NCBI RefSeq assembly: GCF_014280175.1
Contig: NZ_CP047931.1
Span: forward strand, 150,001-182,000
Source of the DNA: Synechococcus sp. A15-28
GTDB lineage: Bacteria; Cyanobacteriota; Cyanobacteriia; PCC-6307; Cyanobiaceae
DNA: 32,000 nt
Direction: 5' to 3'
Positions 8,970 through 21,687 of the stretch are shown here, one piece after another (positions within the stretch are counted from its first letter, which is position 1; every line of letters begins with the position of its first letter). The notes below the pieces were generated by a model. It saw nothing but the letters and a program-made list of their open reading frames with translations, had not been told where the DNA came from and ran no database searches. Both the position numbers and the translations under genes were made by a program.

Positions 8970-9695
8970 CTACTGCATTATATCAGTATCCGGTCTCGTC
9001 CTAAAATATTCACATGCATGTTCCAGTCTTTCAACAGAACCGATATCATCAAAATAACCTTTTGATTCATATGAATATATTTGGCCTGTTAAATATTGAA
9101 TTATATCCTTAGTTAAATCAAAATTCTTCTTTCCAGAAAATGTATCATAGTTCCAGAATTCTTTGGCGAGTATGTATACTGCTCCGTTTGCTTGGTATCC
9201 ATTGTAATCTTTACTTTTTTCGTGAAACTCGACAACTATATTTTTTGAATTTGTTTTTATTATTCCACATTCATGTGGACGCTCTGTTGTGTAGGTCATC
9301 ATTGTGATATTGCACTGCCTAGGTCTTTCTTTATGCGCCCTTATAAAGCCTGTTAAACTATCTTCCACAATGTTGTCTGTGTGTATCACTAGACAATCGT
9401 CATGCCTTAAGACTTCTTTGTGTGCTTCTAGTGTTCCTGCAGTTCCTAATAGCTTTTCTTCGTAGTGCAATTCTATTTTCTTACCTCTATTCTTCCACTT
9501 CTCCATATGACTTTCGACAATATCATGCATATAATGTGTATTTATTATTATATTATCTACGCCGACTCTTTCAAGTTTTTTTATCCAAATGTCTAGCAAT
9601 ACCTTTCCATTAATTGTAACCAAGCATTTGGGTATTTTGTTTGTAATTGGTCTCAATCGTGTGCCTAGTCCAGCAGATAGAAGAAGTGCGTACAT
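8970..9695 (-). CDS. sugar-1-phosphate nucleotidyltransferase (HddC / mannose-1-P guanylyltransferase-like)
   Basis: N-terminal LLSAGLGTRLRPIT (GxGTRxxP) and LGTAGTL, in a 241-aa single-domain NTP-transferase. Confidence 0.8.
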   Translation of the reverse strand: MYALLLSAGLGTRLRPITNKIPKCLVTINGKVLLDIWIKKLERVGVDNIIINTHYMHDIVESHMEKWKNRGKKIELHYEEKLLGTAGTLEAHKEVLRHDDCLVIHTDNIVEDSLTGFIRAHKERPRQCNITMMTYTTERPHECGIIKTNSKNIVVEFHEKSKDYNGYQANGAVYILAKEFWNYDTFSGKKNFDLTKDIIQYLTGQIYSYESKGYFDDIGSVERLEHACEYFRTRPDTDIMQ

Positions 9696-9762
9696 TTTTG
9701 TGTTTTCGTTTTTAGCTTGCCTAGTCCGATGATACCATTGTACATCTTGGCGTGTATTTTCA

Positions 9763-10635
9763 GTGCCAGTAGCATATCTCTATCCATCCGCTACGCCGTG
9801 GGCTAATCACCAACTATTGTCCCTTTATAAGAGATTAGATTGCGCTTCCCGCGGTTGCTCTTTGGTCAACCGCATTCCATATCGATCTAAAGTTCCTCAT
9901 GTTACTTATGGCTACCTAGGTTATTATTCGAACCTGCGTAAGCAAAATATCCCTCACAATTCTTCTTTTTCGAATCTCTATATTCTTGATCATGCCTATG
10001 TTCCTTCCTCTCTCAAAGGCTCAGTTTTTCGTTTATGCAGTGGCAATAGTGATTTAACACCTTTTGTTACTCATGATTCTCTCTTATCATCAATTGATCT
10101 TGATTTTACATTTAATCACTTATGTCAACTTCAATCTGCATCTGAAATATCTTTTTCAGTCCCTTCCTTGCAATCATTTGATGGCACTTCCCGTATTGCC
10201 TTGTTCATAAAGTCATCTCCTGTTATATCTCGTCTTCTAGCCTCTAAGTTCTTAGGATCTATTTCCTTCTGGAAATCCCACCTCCACCCAGATTTGACTC
10301 CTCTCTTATCTGTAAAGCCCACTGAAGTCGTTCTCTCACCCTTCTTCACCACTAAATCGAGAATTCACCAAGTTATAAAAAAAACTTTTAATTATGACCA
10401 GTTTGAATTTGTATATTCGCCATCCTCTATGATGGCTATACCTTTTATCCTTCACTCAATTCCTGTTTACTTGTCCACTGCACATCCTCTTTTCCCAATT
10501 CTTGGCTCATACATCCCTCCCTTATCTAGAAAGCAATCCATCGAACTAATAATTAACGCTATTTCTAGGACTTCGATTTCTATCTCCACGTTTTCTGATC
10601 TGGAAGCATTGCTGTCAGTCATTCATCCTCATTGA
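9763..10635 (+). CDS. hypothetical protein, Ser/Leu/Phe/Pro-rich
   Basis: A 290-codon ORF with a GTG start at 9763, far longer than expected by chance in this composition. It ends 1 nt before the next gene. No motif recognised. Confidence 0.45.
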   Translation: MPVAYLYPSATPWANHQLLSLYKRLDCASRGCSLVNRIPYRSKVPHVTYGYLGYYSNLRKQNIPHNSSFSNLYILDHAYVPSSLKGSVFRLCSGNSDLTPFVTHDSLLSSIDLDFTFNHLCQLQSASEISFSVPSLQSFDGTSRIALFIKSSPVISRLLASKFLGSISFWKSHLHPDLTPLLSVKPTEVVLSPFFTTKSRIHQVIKKTFNYDQFEFVYSPSSMMAIPFILHSIPVYLSTAHPLFPILGSYIPPLSRKQSIELIINAISRTSISISTFSDLEALLSVIHPH

Positions 10636-10636
10636 T

Positions 10637-11422
10637 ATGTCTAGCTTTCCGTCTCTTCTTGATAATGTTTCGCGTTCACAGTTAAGGCTTGAACCTTTTC
10701 CCCATTATGTAATCGAAAATGCGTTGCCCATTGATACTTATGCTAAGTTATCTAAATCGTTTCCATCTTCATATTTATCATCTGATTCTTCCCATGTAAT
10801 AAATGATCGTGGCCATACGAGAAGATTGTTGGCTCGGAACTTTCCTTTGGTTAGTGATGTTCCGCAAACTTGGTGTGATTTTGCCGATGTCCATACTCAT
10901 CCTTCTTTTTTTAGTGCTGTTACCTCTTTCTTCCTTCAACAGCCTATTGAAATTTATTACCCTGGACTCTTATCTAAGCTTCAAAATCTTGACATATCTC
11001 TTAGATCTGGCGAACAATCAATTGACTCTAATTCCTGTTTGACTGATTTTCAGTTGGTTGCTAATTTGCCCCATGGCGACAACCATAGTAGTCGGAGTCC
11101 CCATCTTGATAATCCACAACAACTCTATGCAATTTTGTACTACATGAGATCGACTGACGATCAATCAATTGGTGGTGGTTTAAAATTATATTCCGCTTCA
11201 AATTATGTTAAATCTATCACGCATGGTCGTAATCGCAGTATCGATGAGCAATACTTGACCCCCTTTGACCTCCTTCCCTACAAATCAAATACTGCTATCC
11301 TTTTTCTCAACACCCGCAAGTCTTATCATTCTGTTCAACCCATATTTTCTCAATCTGTTATCCGTCGTAGTGTTAATATCATTGGTGAACTGCCTCCTGG
11401 CTCTCGTCTTTTTAAAATCTGA
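10637..11422 (+). CDS. 2OG-Fe(II) oxygenase family protein (prolyl-hydroxylase-like)
   Basis: N-terminal EPFPHYVIENAL, an HxD in SPHLDNP, GGGLKLY, and a distal His in SYHSV. The motif order is the same as in the 20499-21233 protein. Confidence 0.6.
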   Translation: MSSFPSLLDNVSRSQLRLEPFPHYVIENALPIDTYAKLSKSFPSSYLSSDSSHVINDRGHTRRLLARNFPLVSDVPQTWCDFADVHTHPSFFSAVTSFFLQQPIEIYYPGLLSKLQNLDISLRSGEQSIDSNSCLTDFQLVANLPHGDNHSSRSPHLDNPQQLYAILYYMRSTDDQSIGGGLKLYSASNYVKSITHGRNRSIDEQYLTPFDLLPYKSNTAILFLNTRKSYHSVQPIFSQSVIRRSVNIIGELPPGSRLFKI

Positions 11423-11425
11423 TAT

Positions 11426-12256
11426 ATGGCCTTCAACCCCTTAACTGGTCTTGCCGTTTCACGCGCTACTGCGCTTTTACGTGAGAACTCACCGACTAGC
11501 CCACAGGGCTCTGTATTGGACTTTGGTAATCAAAGATTCCGACTTACCCCTCCTGTTCTTAAACACATTTCTAAAGAGCTCGATTGTTCTTTTGAGATCC
11601 CTTCTAATGAAGAAGATTTTACTAATTATACTCCTTTTTTTTACCGAGATATTGGTTATTCCGAATATATCGCTATTGATATGAATCAAAAAATGAGTGC
11701 TATTCCGATGGATTTGAATACTCATATACCTACTTCCTATCGTTACAAGGCTCAGCATTCACTTGTTATTGATAATGGTACTGGCGAGCATGTGTTTGAT
11801 CAGCATATGGTTTTTAGAAACCAGCATGACCTTTGTTCTGTAGGTGGAATCATCTTGAACAATAAGCCTTTTTTCCCTTGGATTAATCATGGCTTTTTTG
11901 CCTTCCAGCCGGTTTTATTTAGGGACCTCGCTTATGCCAATGGATATGAACCCGTTTTCACATGGCTTGGTGGTAATCACGGCGAGTTCATAGACGTAAC
12001 CGATAATGACGATATCTGGGTTGAAATTCCTCGTTCGTTTCCATTTTGGAAACGCCCCAAAGGTGCCCTTGAGACACTTCTCTACGACAAGCTTTTAGAA
12101 AAGAACAATATCTCAATTGTTGTTGCATACCGTAAGGTAAATGACAACCCTTTCCAAATACCACTTCAAGGGAAGTGGATTCATAATATCGCCGATAAAG
12201 AACTTAAGGAAAGGTACAAAGGTCAGCCCGACACCTACCGAGATTTTCACAGTTAG
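11426..12256 (+). CDS. putative SAM-dependent methyltransferase-like protein
   Basis: Class I MTase-like motif order: VLDFGNQ, YIAIDMN, MDLN, SLVIDNGTGEHVFD, VGGIILNNKPF. The motifs are divergent, so the call is tentative. Confidence 0.4.
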   Translation: MAFNPLTGLAVSRATALLRENSPTSPQGSVLDFGNQRFRLTPPVLKHISKELDCSFEIPSNEEDFTNYTPFFYRDIGYSEYIAIDMNQKMSAIPMDLNTHIPTSYRYKAQHSLVIDNGTGEHVFDQHMVFRNQHDLCSVGGIILNNKPFFPWINHGFFAFQPVLFRDLAYANGYEPVFTWLGGNHGEFIDVTDNDDIWVEIPRSFPFWKRPKGALETLLYDKLLEKNNISIVVAYRKVNDNPFQIPLQGKWIHNIADKELKERYKGQPDTYRDFHS

Positions 12257-13000
12257 TTTCAGTCAAATCATTTCGGTTGCCAAATTTTTAATTTATGTTT
12301 TATTAGAACCGTATATATTGTATTTTACATTTACGATTATGGCTTCTTTTCTCTGTAATTGCTGATTTTTCGCCTTTTGCCTGCCAAGCTTTATCTTTAT
12401 GGGCTTTTGTAGATAGTATTCACTCTTTTTCTTTATTTCTGCCCTTAATTACTGTTTTAATCGTCATTGTTGCATCTTTTTGCATATTTATATCCTGCAA
12501 ATAATTCCTTCTCTTCTTTTTTTGTGTATTTAGCATTATTAGAGTTATTTTGCTTTCGGCATTGCATGGAGATCAATCATTGAATCCAGTTTGCACATTG
12601 TGACTCTCGTCTTTGATGGGGCTTGCGCAATACTTGTCTTGATTTCAATGCCTTCCTTGTTGCTTGGTTCAATATTTAATTTCGAATTTTGTTGTCTATG
12701 TCTCGTAGAACGTGTGTTAATGCGATTATCTTAATGACTTCTGAGTCTTTGATTCGAGATAGGCGATTCTGTTCAGGCGTGATAGCTCAAGGTATAATTT
12801 TCTTTGGTGTTTTTTCAAAGTGCCTAGATACGAGTTCCTCGTGTGCGACTATGTCTATTATCTTCTAGGACTGGTCTAGTGATATTCCTTTCAATATTTT
12901 CACTGGTTGATACGCTGCTTTCTTTACTAGGTTATTGGAAAACGTCTGTTCACTTACGAGAAACAGCATGCCGTTGTCTGTTTCTGTCTCTGTATTTTGT

Positions 13001-13033
13001 ACAACTAAAGGCCCGCACATTTGTGTGCGGGCC
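13001..13033 (-). terminator. rho-independent terminator downstream of tkt
   Basis: Perfect 10-bp stem GGCCCGCACA (13010-13019) / TGTGCGGGCC (13024-13033) with a 4-nt loop. On the minus strand it is followed by UUUAGUUGU. It lies 40 nt past the tkt stop. Confidence 0.7.
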
Positions 13034-13072
13034 TCGAATCGACAAAAACCGTATTTATAGTGATTCTTTCGT

Positions 13073-15085
13073 TTATTTAACCAACAGTGTTTTAGCTTTC
13101 GTGACGACATTGTCTACAGTGAATCCAAATTCCTTCAGGCAGGTTCCGCCTGGAGCCGAAGCGCCGAAGCGGTTCATGGTGACGCTGTCACCGTCGAGGC
13201 CGATGAAGCGGTGCCAGCCGAAGGATTCAGCGGCTTCCACCACCATGCGCTTGCGCACGGCTTTGGGAAGCACCTCTTCCTTGTAGGCGTCGCTCTGCTC
13301 ATCGAACAGTTCCACACATGGCATGGAAACAACGCGCACCTTCTTGCCGTCTGCGCTGAGCTGTTTGGCAGCCTGCACGCAGAGGTCGAGTTCGGTGCCG
13401 GTGCCGATCAGGATCAGATCCGGAGTACCGGCGCAGTCTTCGAGCACATAGCCGCCTTTAGCGACCTTGTCGATCGAGGAGTTGGCCTGGTTGGCCATGC
13501 CCTGGCGGCTTAGGCAAAGAGCACTGGGGCGCTTGCGGTTCTGGATCGCCAGCTTGTAAGCACCGCTGGTTTCGTTGGCATCGCCAGGGCGGAACACCAG
13601 CATCCCGGGCATGGCACGCAAAGACGGGATGGTTTCGATCGGCTGGTGGGTGGGGCCGTCTTCGCCGACGCCGATGGAGTCGTGGGTGAGCACGTAGATC
13701 ACACCCAGTTCACTCAGGGCCGACAGGCGCATGGAGCCGCGCATGTAGTCGGCAAACACCAGGAAGGTGCCGCCGTAGGGGATCAGGCCGCTGTCGTGAT
13801 ACGCAATGCCGTTGAGGATGGCGGCCATGGCGTGCTCGCGCACGCCGAAGTGCAGGTAGCGCTTCTCAGGGGTTTCAGGCTGATACGAACCGGTTTCGCC
13901 CTTGATGTCAGTGTAGTTAGAATGGGTGAGGTCCGCCGAGCCACCGATCAGCTCAGGCAGGTTGGGACCGAGGGCACCCAGGCAGATCTGGGAGTGCTTT
14001 CGGGTGGCGAGACCCTTCTCGTCAGGGCCAGCGGTGGGCAGGTCCTTGTCCCAGCCCTCGGGAAGTTCGCCGCGCAGCATCCGCTCGAACTCAGCGGCCT
14101 CAGAGGGGAACTGGGTGCGGTAGCTGGCCAGGGTCTGGTTCCACTCCGCCTCGAGGCTGGCGCCACGATCGATGGCCTGGCGGAACTGGTCGTAGGCCTC
14201 CTGGGGCACTTCGAAGGGGCCGTACTCCCAACCCAGCTGCTGACGGGTCAGAGCGGTCTCGTCTTCACCCAGGGGAGCGCCGTGCACGCCAGCGGTGTCT
14301 CCCTTATTGGGGGAGCCATAGCCGATGGTGGTGGTCACCTTGATGATCGACGGCTTGTCGGTCACCGCTTTGGCGGCCTCGATTGCCTTGGCGATGGCAT
14401 CCACGTCGGTGTTGCCGTCGGCCACGTGCTGCACATGCCAGCCGTAGGCCTCGTAGCGCTTCAGCACGTCCTCGGTGAAGGACACGTCCGTGCGGCCGTC
14501 GATGGTGATGTGATTGTCGTCGTAGAGAGCGATCAGCTTGCCCAGCTTCAGGTGACCGGCCAGGGAGCAGGCTTCCGAGGCGATGCCTTCCTGGTTGCAG
14601 CCATCACCCATCACCACATAGGTGTAGTGATCCACAAGGGTGGCGCCGGGCTTGTTGAACTTGGCGGCGAGGTGCGATTCCGCGATCGCCAGACCCACGG
14701 CGTTGGAAATGCCGGCACCCAGAGGGCCGGTGGTCACTTCCACGCCCGGGGTTTCAAAGGTCTCGGGGTGGCCAGGGGTTTTGGAGCCCCACTGGCGGAA
14801 CTGTTTGATGTCCTCAATCGACACCGAGTCGTAGCCGGTGAGGTGCAGCAGCGCGTACAGCAGCATGCAGCCATGACCGGCCGACAGCACGAAGCGGTCG
14901 CGGTTGAACCACTTGGGGTTCTTGGGGTTGTGCTTCAGGAACTTGTCCCACAGCGCGTAACCCATGGGTGCGCAGCCCATCGGCAGGCCGGGGTGGCCGC
15001 TCTTGGACTTGTTAATTGCATCGACGGCCAGCATCCGGATGCTGTTGATGCAGAGCGTGTCGAGAGAGGCGGGCGCAGCGACCAT
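13073..15085 (-). CDS. tkt: transketolase
   Basis: 670 aa. N-terminal [21 protein letters not shown], the TPP motif GDGCNQEG, and conserved transketolase blocks along the full length. Confidence 0.97.
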   Translation of the reverse strand: MVAAPASLDTLCINSIRMLAVDAINKSKSGHPGLPMGCAPMGYALWDKFLKHNPKNPKWFNRDRFVLSAGHGCMLLYALLHLTGYDSVSIEDIKQFRQWGSKTPGHPETFETPGVEVTTGPLGAGISNAVGLAIAESHLAAKFNKPGATLVDHYTYVVMGDGCNQEGIASEACSLAGHLKLGKLIALYDDNHITIDGRTDVSFTEDVLKRYEAYGWHVQHVADGNTDVDAIAKAIEAAKAVTDKPSIIKVTTTIGYGSPNKGDTAGVHGAPLGEDETALTRQQLGWEYGPFEVPQEAYDQFRQAIDRGASLEAEWNQTLASYRTQFPSEAAEFERMLRGELPEGWDKDLPTAGPDEKGLATRKHSQICLGALGPNLPELIGGSADLTHSNYTDIKGETGSYQPETPEKRYLHFGVREHAMAAILNGIAYHDSGLIPYGGTFLVFADYMRGSMRLSALSELGVIYVLTHDSIGVGEDGPTHQPIETIPSLRAMPGMLVFRPGDANETSGAYKLAIQNRKRPSALCLSRQGMANQANSSIDKVAKGGYVLEDCAGTPDLILIGTGTELDLCVQAAKQLSADGKKVRVVSMPCVELFDEQSDAYKEEVLPKAVRKRMVVEAAESFGWHRFIGLDGDSVTMNRFGASAPGGTCLKEFGFTVDNVVTKAKTLLVK

Positions 15086-15139
15086 GGTGTTAGGAGGAAA
15101 AGTTGGGGCGATTGTGACGCACGATGTGAGCCCTGAGGC

Positions 15140-17031
<1,892 letters not shown>

Positions 17032-17058
17032 TTTACTCCGTTTCACCTCATAAGCTCG

Positions 17059-17083
17059 GCCCGGCTTCAGCCGGGCTTTTTTT
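17059..17083 (+). terminator. rho-independent terminator after psaC
   Basis: Stem GCCCGGC (17059-17065) / GCCGGGC (17070-17076), loop TTCA, then seven T (17077-17083). Confidence 0.75.
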
Positions 17084-17085
17084 GT

Positions 17086-18975
<1,890 letters not shown>

Positions 18976-18978
18976 GCC

Positions 18979-20442
18979 TCAGCTGGCGTTCATGCTGAGG
19001 TCGCTGCGGCCGTAGCGGTCCTTGAAGCGCACGATGTCGTCCTCGCCGAGGTATTCGCCGCTCTGCACTTCGATCAGTTCAACGGGGATCCGGCCGGGGT
19101 TGGAGAGGCGGTGTTTGCAACCCATCGGGATGTAAGTGCTCTGGTTTTCGCCCACAAGCTGCTCGGTACCATCGCGCTCTACCAGCGCCGTGCCTTTCAC
19201 CACCACCCAGTGTTCGGCACGGTGGTGGTGCATCTGCAGCGAGAGGCTAGCTCCGGGTTTCACCGAGATCCGTTTCACCTGCCAGCGGTTTCCTTCGGTG
19301 ACACTGGTGTAATGGCCCCAGGGGCGGTAAATCTTGCGGTGGGCCTTGCCCTCCGGGCTTCCGGCGGCTTCTAGCTGCTTCACCACTGTTTTGATCTCCT
19401 GGGCCTTGGAGCGATCCGCAATCAACACGGCATCGTCGGTTTCCACCACCACAAGGTTTTCAACCCCTAGCCCTACCACTAAGCGGTGTTCGCTGCGCAG
19501 GTAGCAATCGCGACTGCCTTCGGCGATCACGTGGCCCTGCAGCACATTGCCTTGGGAATCCTTTTGCTCTGAGGTTTCCCAGAGTGCGCTCCAACTGCCC
19601 ACGTCGCTCCAGCCTGCATCCAGCGGCAGCACACTGCCCAGATCCGTTTTCTCCATCACGGCCACGTCAATGGCCACGTTGGGGCACTTTGCCAAGGCCT
19701 CCCGCTCCAGCCGATGAAATTCCAGGTCAGCCGTGTCCTGCTCCAGAGCTGCTCGACAGCAGCTCACCACTTCTGGGGCCAGTCGCTCCAGTTCCGCCAG
19801 CATGGCGCTGGCGCGGAACAGGAACATGCCGCTGTTCCAGGTGAAGCGGCCTGTGGCCAGGAACTGCTCCGCTGTTGCCTGATCTGGCTTCTCCACGAAG
19901 CGCTTGATCGGCACATGGGCCTGTTTCCTAAGGGAGAAGGGTTCGCTGGCTTCGATGTAGCCGTAGCCGGTTTCCGGGGCCGTCGGCACGATGCCGAAGG
20001 TCACAAGGCGGCCCGCTTCGGCTGGCTTGCGGCCGGCGTTGATCGCCTGGCGGAATTGGGTGGCATCGCGGATTAAGTGATCCGCTGCCAGCACCAGCAG
20101 CAGCGGGTCCTCGCCGTTGGCCGTGGCCTGCAGTGCGGCTACGGTCACCGCCGGGGCGGTGTTGCGGCCAATAGGTTCCAGCAGAATCGCATTGGGCTCA
20201 ACGCCGATCTGGCGCATCTGTTCGGCCACGATGAAGCGGTGGTCTTCATTGCAGATCAATAGAGGAGCTGCAATGGCGTCTAGGCCCTGAAGGCGCTGTT
20301 GGGTCTGCTGGAGCAGCGTGGCCTCTCCGTCTCCGCTCAACGGCCAGTACTGCTTGGGGTAACTGGCCCGCGATAGCGGCCAGAGCCGTGTGCCGGTGCC
20401 TCCGCAAAGGATCACTGGAATCAGCGGTGTAGCGGCCATCAT
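18979..20442 (-). CDS. manC: mannose-1-phosphate guanylyltransferase / mannose-6-phosphate isomerase (type II PMI-GMP)
   Basis: ILCGGTGTRLWPLSR at the N-terminus and a C-terminal cupin (RPWGHY...MHHHRAEHWVVVKG). 487 aa. Confidence 0.93.
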   Translation of the reverse strand: MMAATPLIPVILCGGTGTRLWPLSRASYPKQYWPLSGDGEATLLQQTQQRLQGLDAIAAPLLICNEDHRFIVAEQMRQIGVEPNAILLEPIGRNTAPAVTVAALQATANGEDPLLLVLAADHLIRDATQFRQAINAGRKPAEAGRLVTFGIVPTAPETGYGYIEASEPFSLRKQAHVPIKRFVEKPDQATAEQFLATGRFTWNSGMFLFRASAMLAELERLAPEVVSCCRAALEQDTADLEFHRLEREALAKCPNVAIDVAVMEKTDLGSVLPLDAGWSDVGSWSALWETSEQKDSQGNVLQGHVIAEGSRDCYLRSEHRLVVGLGVENLVVVETDDAVLIADRSKAQEIKTVVKQLEAAGSPEGKAHRKIYRPWGHYTSVTEGNRWQVKRISVKPGASLSLQMHHHRAEHWVVVKGTALVERDGTEQLVGENQSTYIPMGCKHRLSNPGRIPVELIEVQSGEYLGEDDIVRFKDRYGRSDLSMNAS

Positions 20443-20498
20443 GTTCCGTATTAGATGACTCAGGTTCGCTTGTTTCAGGGGCGTCTGTCGATGGGATC

Positions 20499-21233
20499 AT
20501 GGAAATGACTCTTAATGAGCCCCTTCCTATGGCCATCCACGCGAGTGAATTGGCACACACCTATGCCGCTAACAATCCCTTTCCTCATCTGGTGCTTCGC
20601 AATAGTTGGGATGAAGCGTTGCTTTCCAGAGTCGCAGCGGAATGTGACGCTTTTACTAATTGGGACGAGGAGAAGTCTTTTTATGGGTCGATTGGTAAAC
20701 GCACCTGCGGGACATTCAGTAAGTTGCCGAAGTATACTGCAAAGCTAGTTTCCTACTGCAATGGTTCGAAATTTCTTGCTTGGCTAGAGGAGTTGACTGG
20801 AGAAAGTGGTTTAATTTCGGATCCACATTTGTTTGGTGGAGGCATTCATTCTACGATTAATCAGGGATTTCTCAAAATGCATACGGACTTCAACTGGCAC
20901 CACCGTTTGAAGTTGTACCGGCGGCTCAATTTACTAATTTATCTCAATAAGAACTGGCAGAAGTTGTGGGGTGGCGAATTGCTGTTAGCTCGAATGACGG
21001 AAGCCGGTTTGCATACAGAAGCGTCCATTGCACCATGCTTTAACACAATGGTGATTTTTACCACAACTGACCATAGCTTTCATGGCCACCCACAACCTAT
21101 GCTTCTCCCAGAAGGTAGGGCTCGTAATTCAATTGCCCTCTATTACTACGTCTCCGAGAAGCCTAAAGGCACCTCGGACATTCGACGAACAATGACGGAT
21201 TATCGTCGTTCAAATGGTCAGCGTTATTTATAA
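20499..21233 (+). CDS. 2OG-Fe(II) oxygenase family protein (prolyl-hydroxylase-like)
   Basis: NPFPHLVLRN, an HxD in KMHTDFN, WGGELLL, and a distal His in HSFHGHP. GC is intermediate (about 42% in line 20761-20820). Confidence 0.65.
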   Translation: MEMTLNEPLPMAIHASELAHTYAANNPFPHLVLRNSWDEALLSRVAAECDAFTNWDEEKSFYGSIGKRTCGTFSKLPKYTAKLVSYCNGSKFLAWLEELTGESGLISDPHLFGGGIHSTINQGFLKMHTDFNWHHRLKLYRRLNLLIYLNKNWQKLWGGELLLARMTEAGLHTEASIAPCFNTMVIFTTTDHSFHGHPQPMLLPEGRARNSIALYYYVSEKPKGTSDIRRTMTDYRRSNGQRYL

Positions 21234-21687
21234 TTCCCGCCTTCAATACATTTAAGTGGCTGATGCAATATATTTGCCATCATTTCTCGACATGCGATTA
21301 GTCAGCTTTTGTGAAAAAAATTAATTACTTCTTTTAGCAAAAGCAGTAGCCTTTGGATGGCTTGCTTCAGACTTTTTCACTTCTCCAGCATAAATTTTTG
21401 AAATTAGATCTTTTTCTTGAGCTTGAGAAAGGGGATTGTCAAGAATAAATTTGAAACTTTATCGTTTATGGGTGGTTGCTAAACATCCATAATTTTTGTT
21501 TTTACTGAATCTATTTGATTAATCCCTTTGTGATAAGTTTGGCTGAAATTATGTGTGGGTTGCTACTTTAATATTTGTTGGAAATAGTATTAGAGAAAAT
21601 TGATTTAACTGATCAGTCTGACTAGATAGGTCAATGAGAAAAAGTGTATATTATATTTATGCGTTAAAGCATGCTATAATGTGTTTA

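Larger units (their letters stand above)
1..13009. other. low-GC genomic island A (glycan / heptose biosynthesis), left border outside window
   Basis: Spot GC is 33-37%, against about 68% in the adjacent tkt gene. The composition changes abruptly at the tkt terminator. No integrase, transposase or tRNA at the visible border. Confidence 0.7.

Noticed and set aside
12843-13286. 147-aa plus-strand ORF and 81-aa minus-strand ORF (12865-13110) at the island/core junction
   Set aside because: The plus-strand ORF runs through the tkt terminator hairpin into the antisense of tkt. The minus-strand ORF overlaps the tkt 3' end and terminator. Neither has motifs.
13646-15136. 496-aa plus-strand ORF, plus smaller ones at 13211-13513, 13926-14123 and 14640-14834
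   Set aside because: It is antisense to transketolase. The Gly/Val/Ala/His/Arg-rich, low-complexity translation is typical of shadow ORFs in high-GC DNA. tkt on the opposite strand is unambiguous.
17032-17085. Possible glmS ribozyme/riboswitch upstream of glmS
   Set aside because: Only 54 nt separate psaC and glmS, and a simple terminator hairpin occupies them. That is far too short for the glmS ribozyme, which is in any case known mainly from Gram-positive bacteria.
21321-21458. Open minus-strand frame (...ILDNPLSQAQEKDLISKIYAGEVKKSEASHPKATAFAKRSN-stop) in the 450-nt spacer after the 2OG oxygenase gene
   Set aside because: It has only 45 sense codons, no ATG/GTG/TTG start in frame after the upstream stop, and no recognisable motif. 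It may be a gene fragment, but that cannot be supported.
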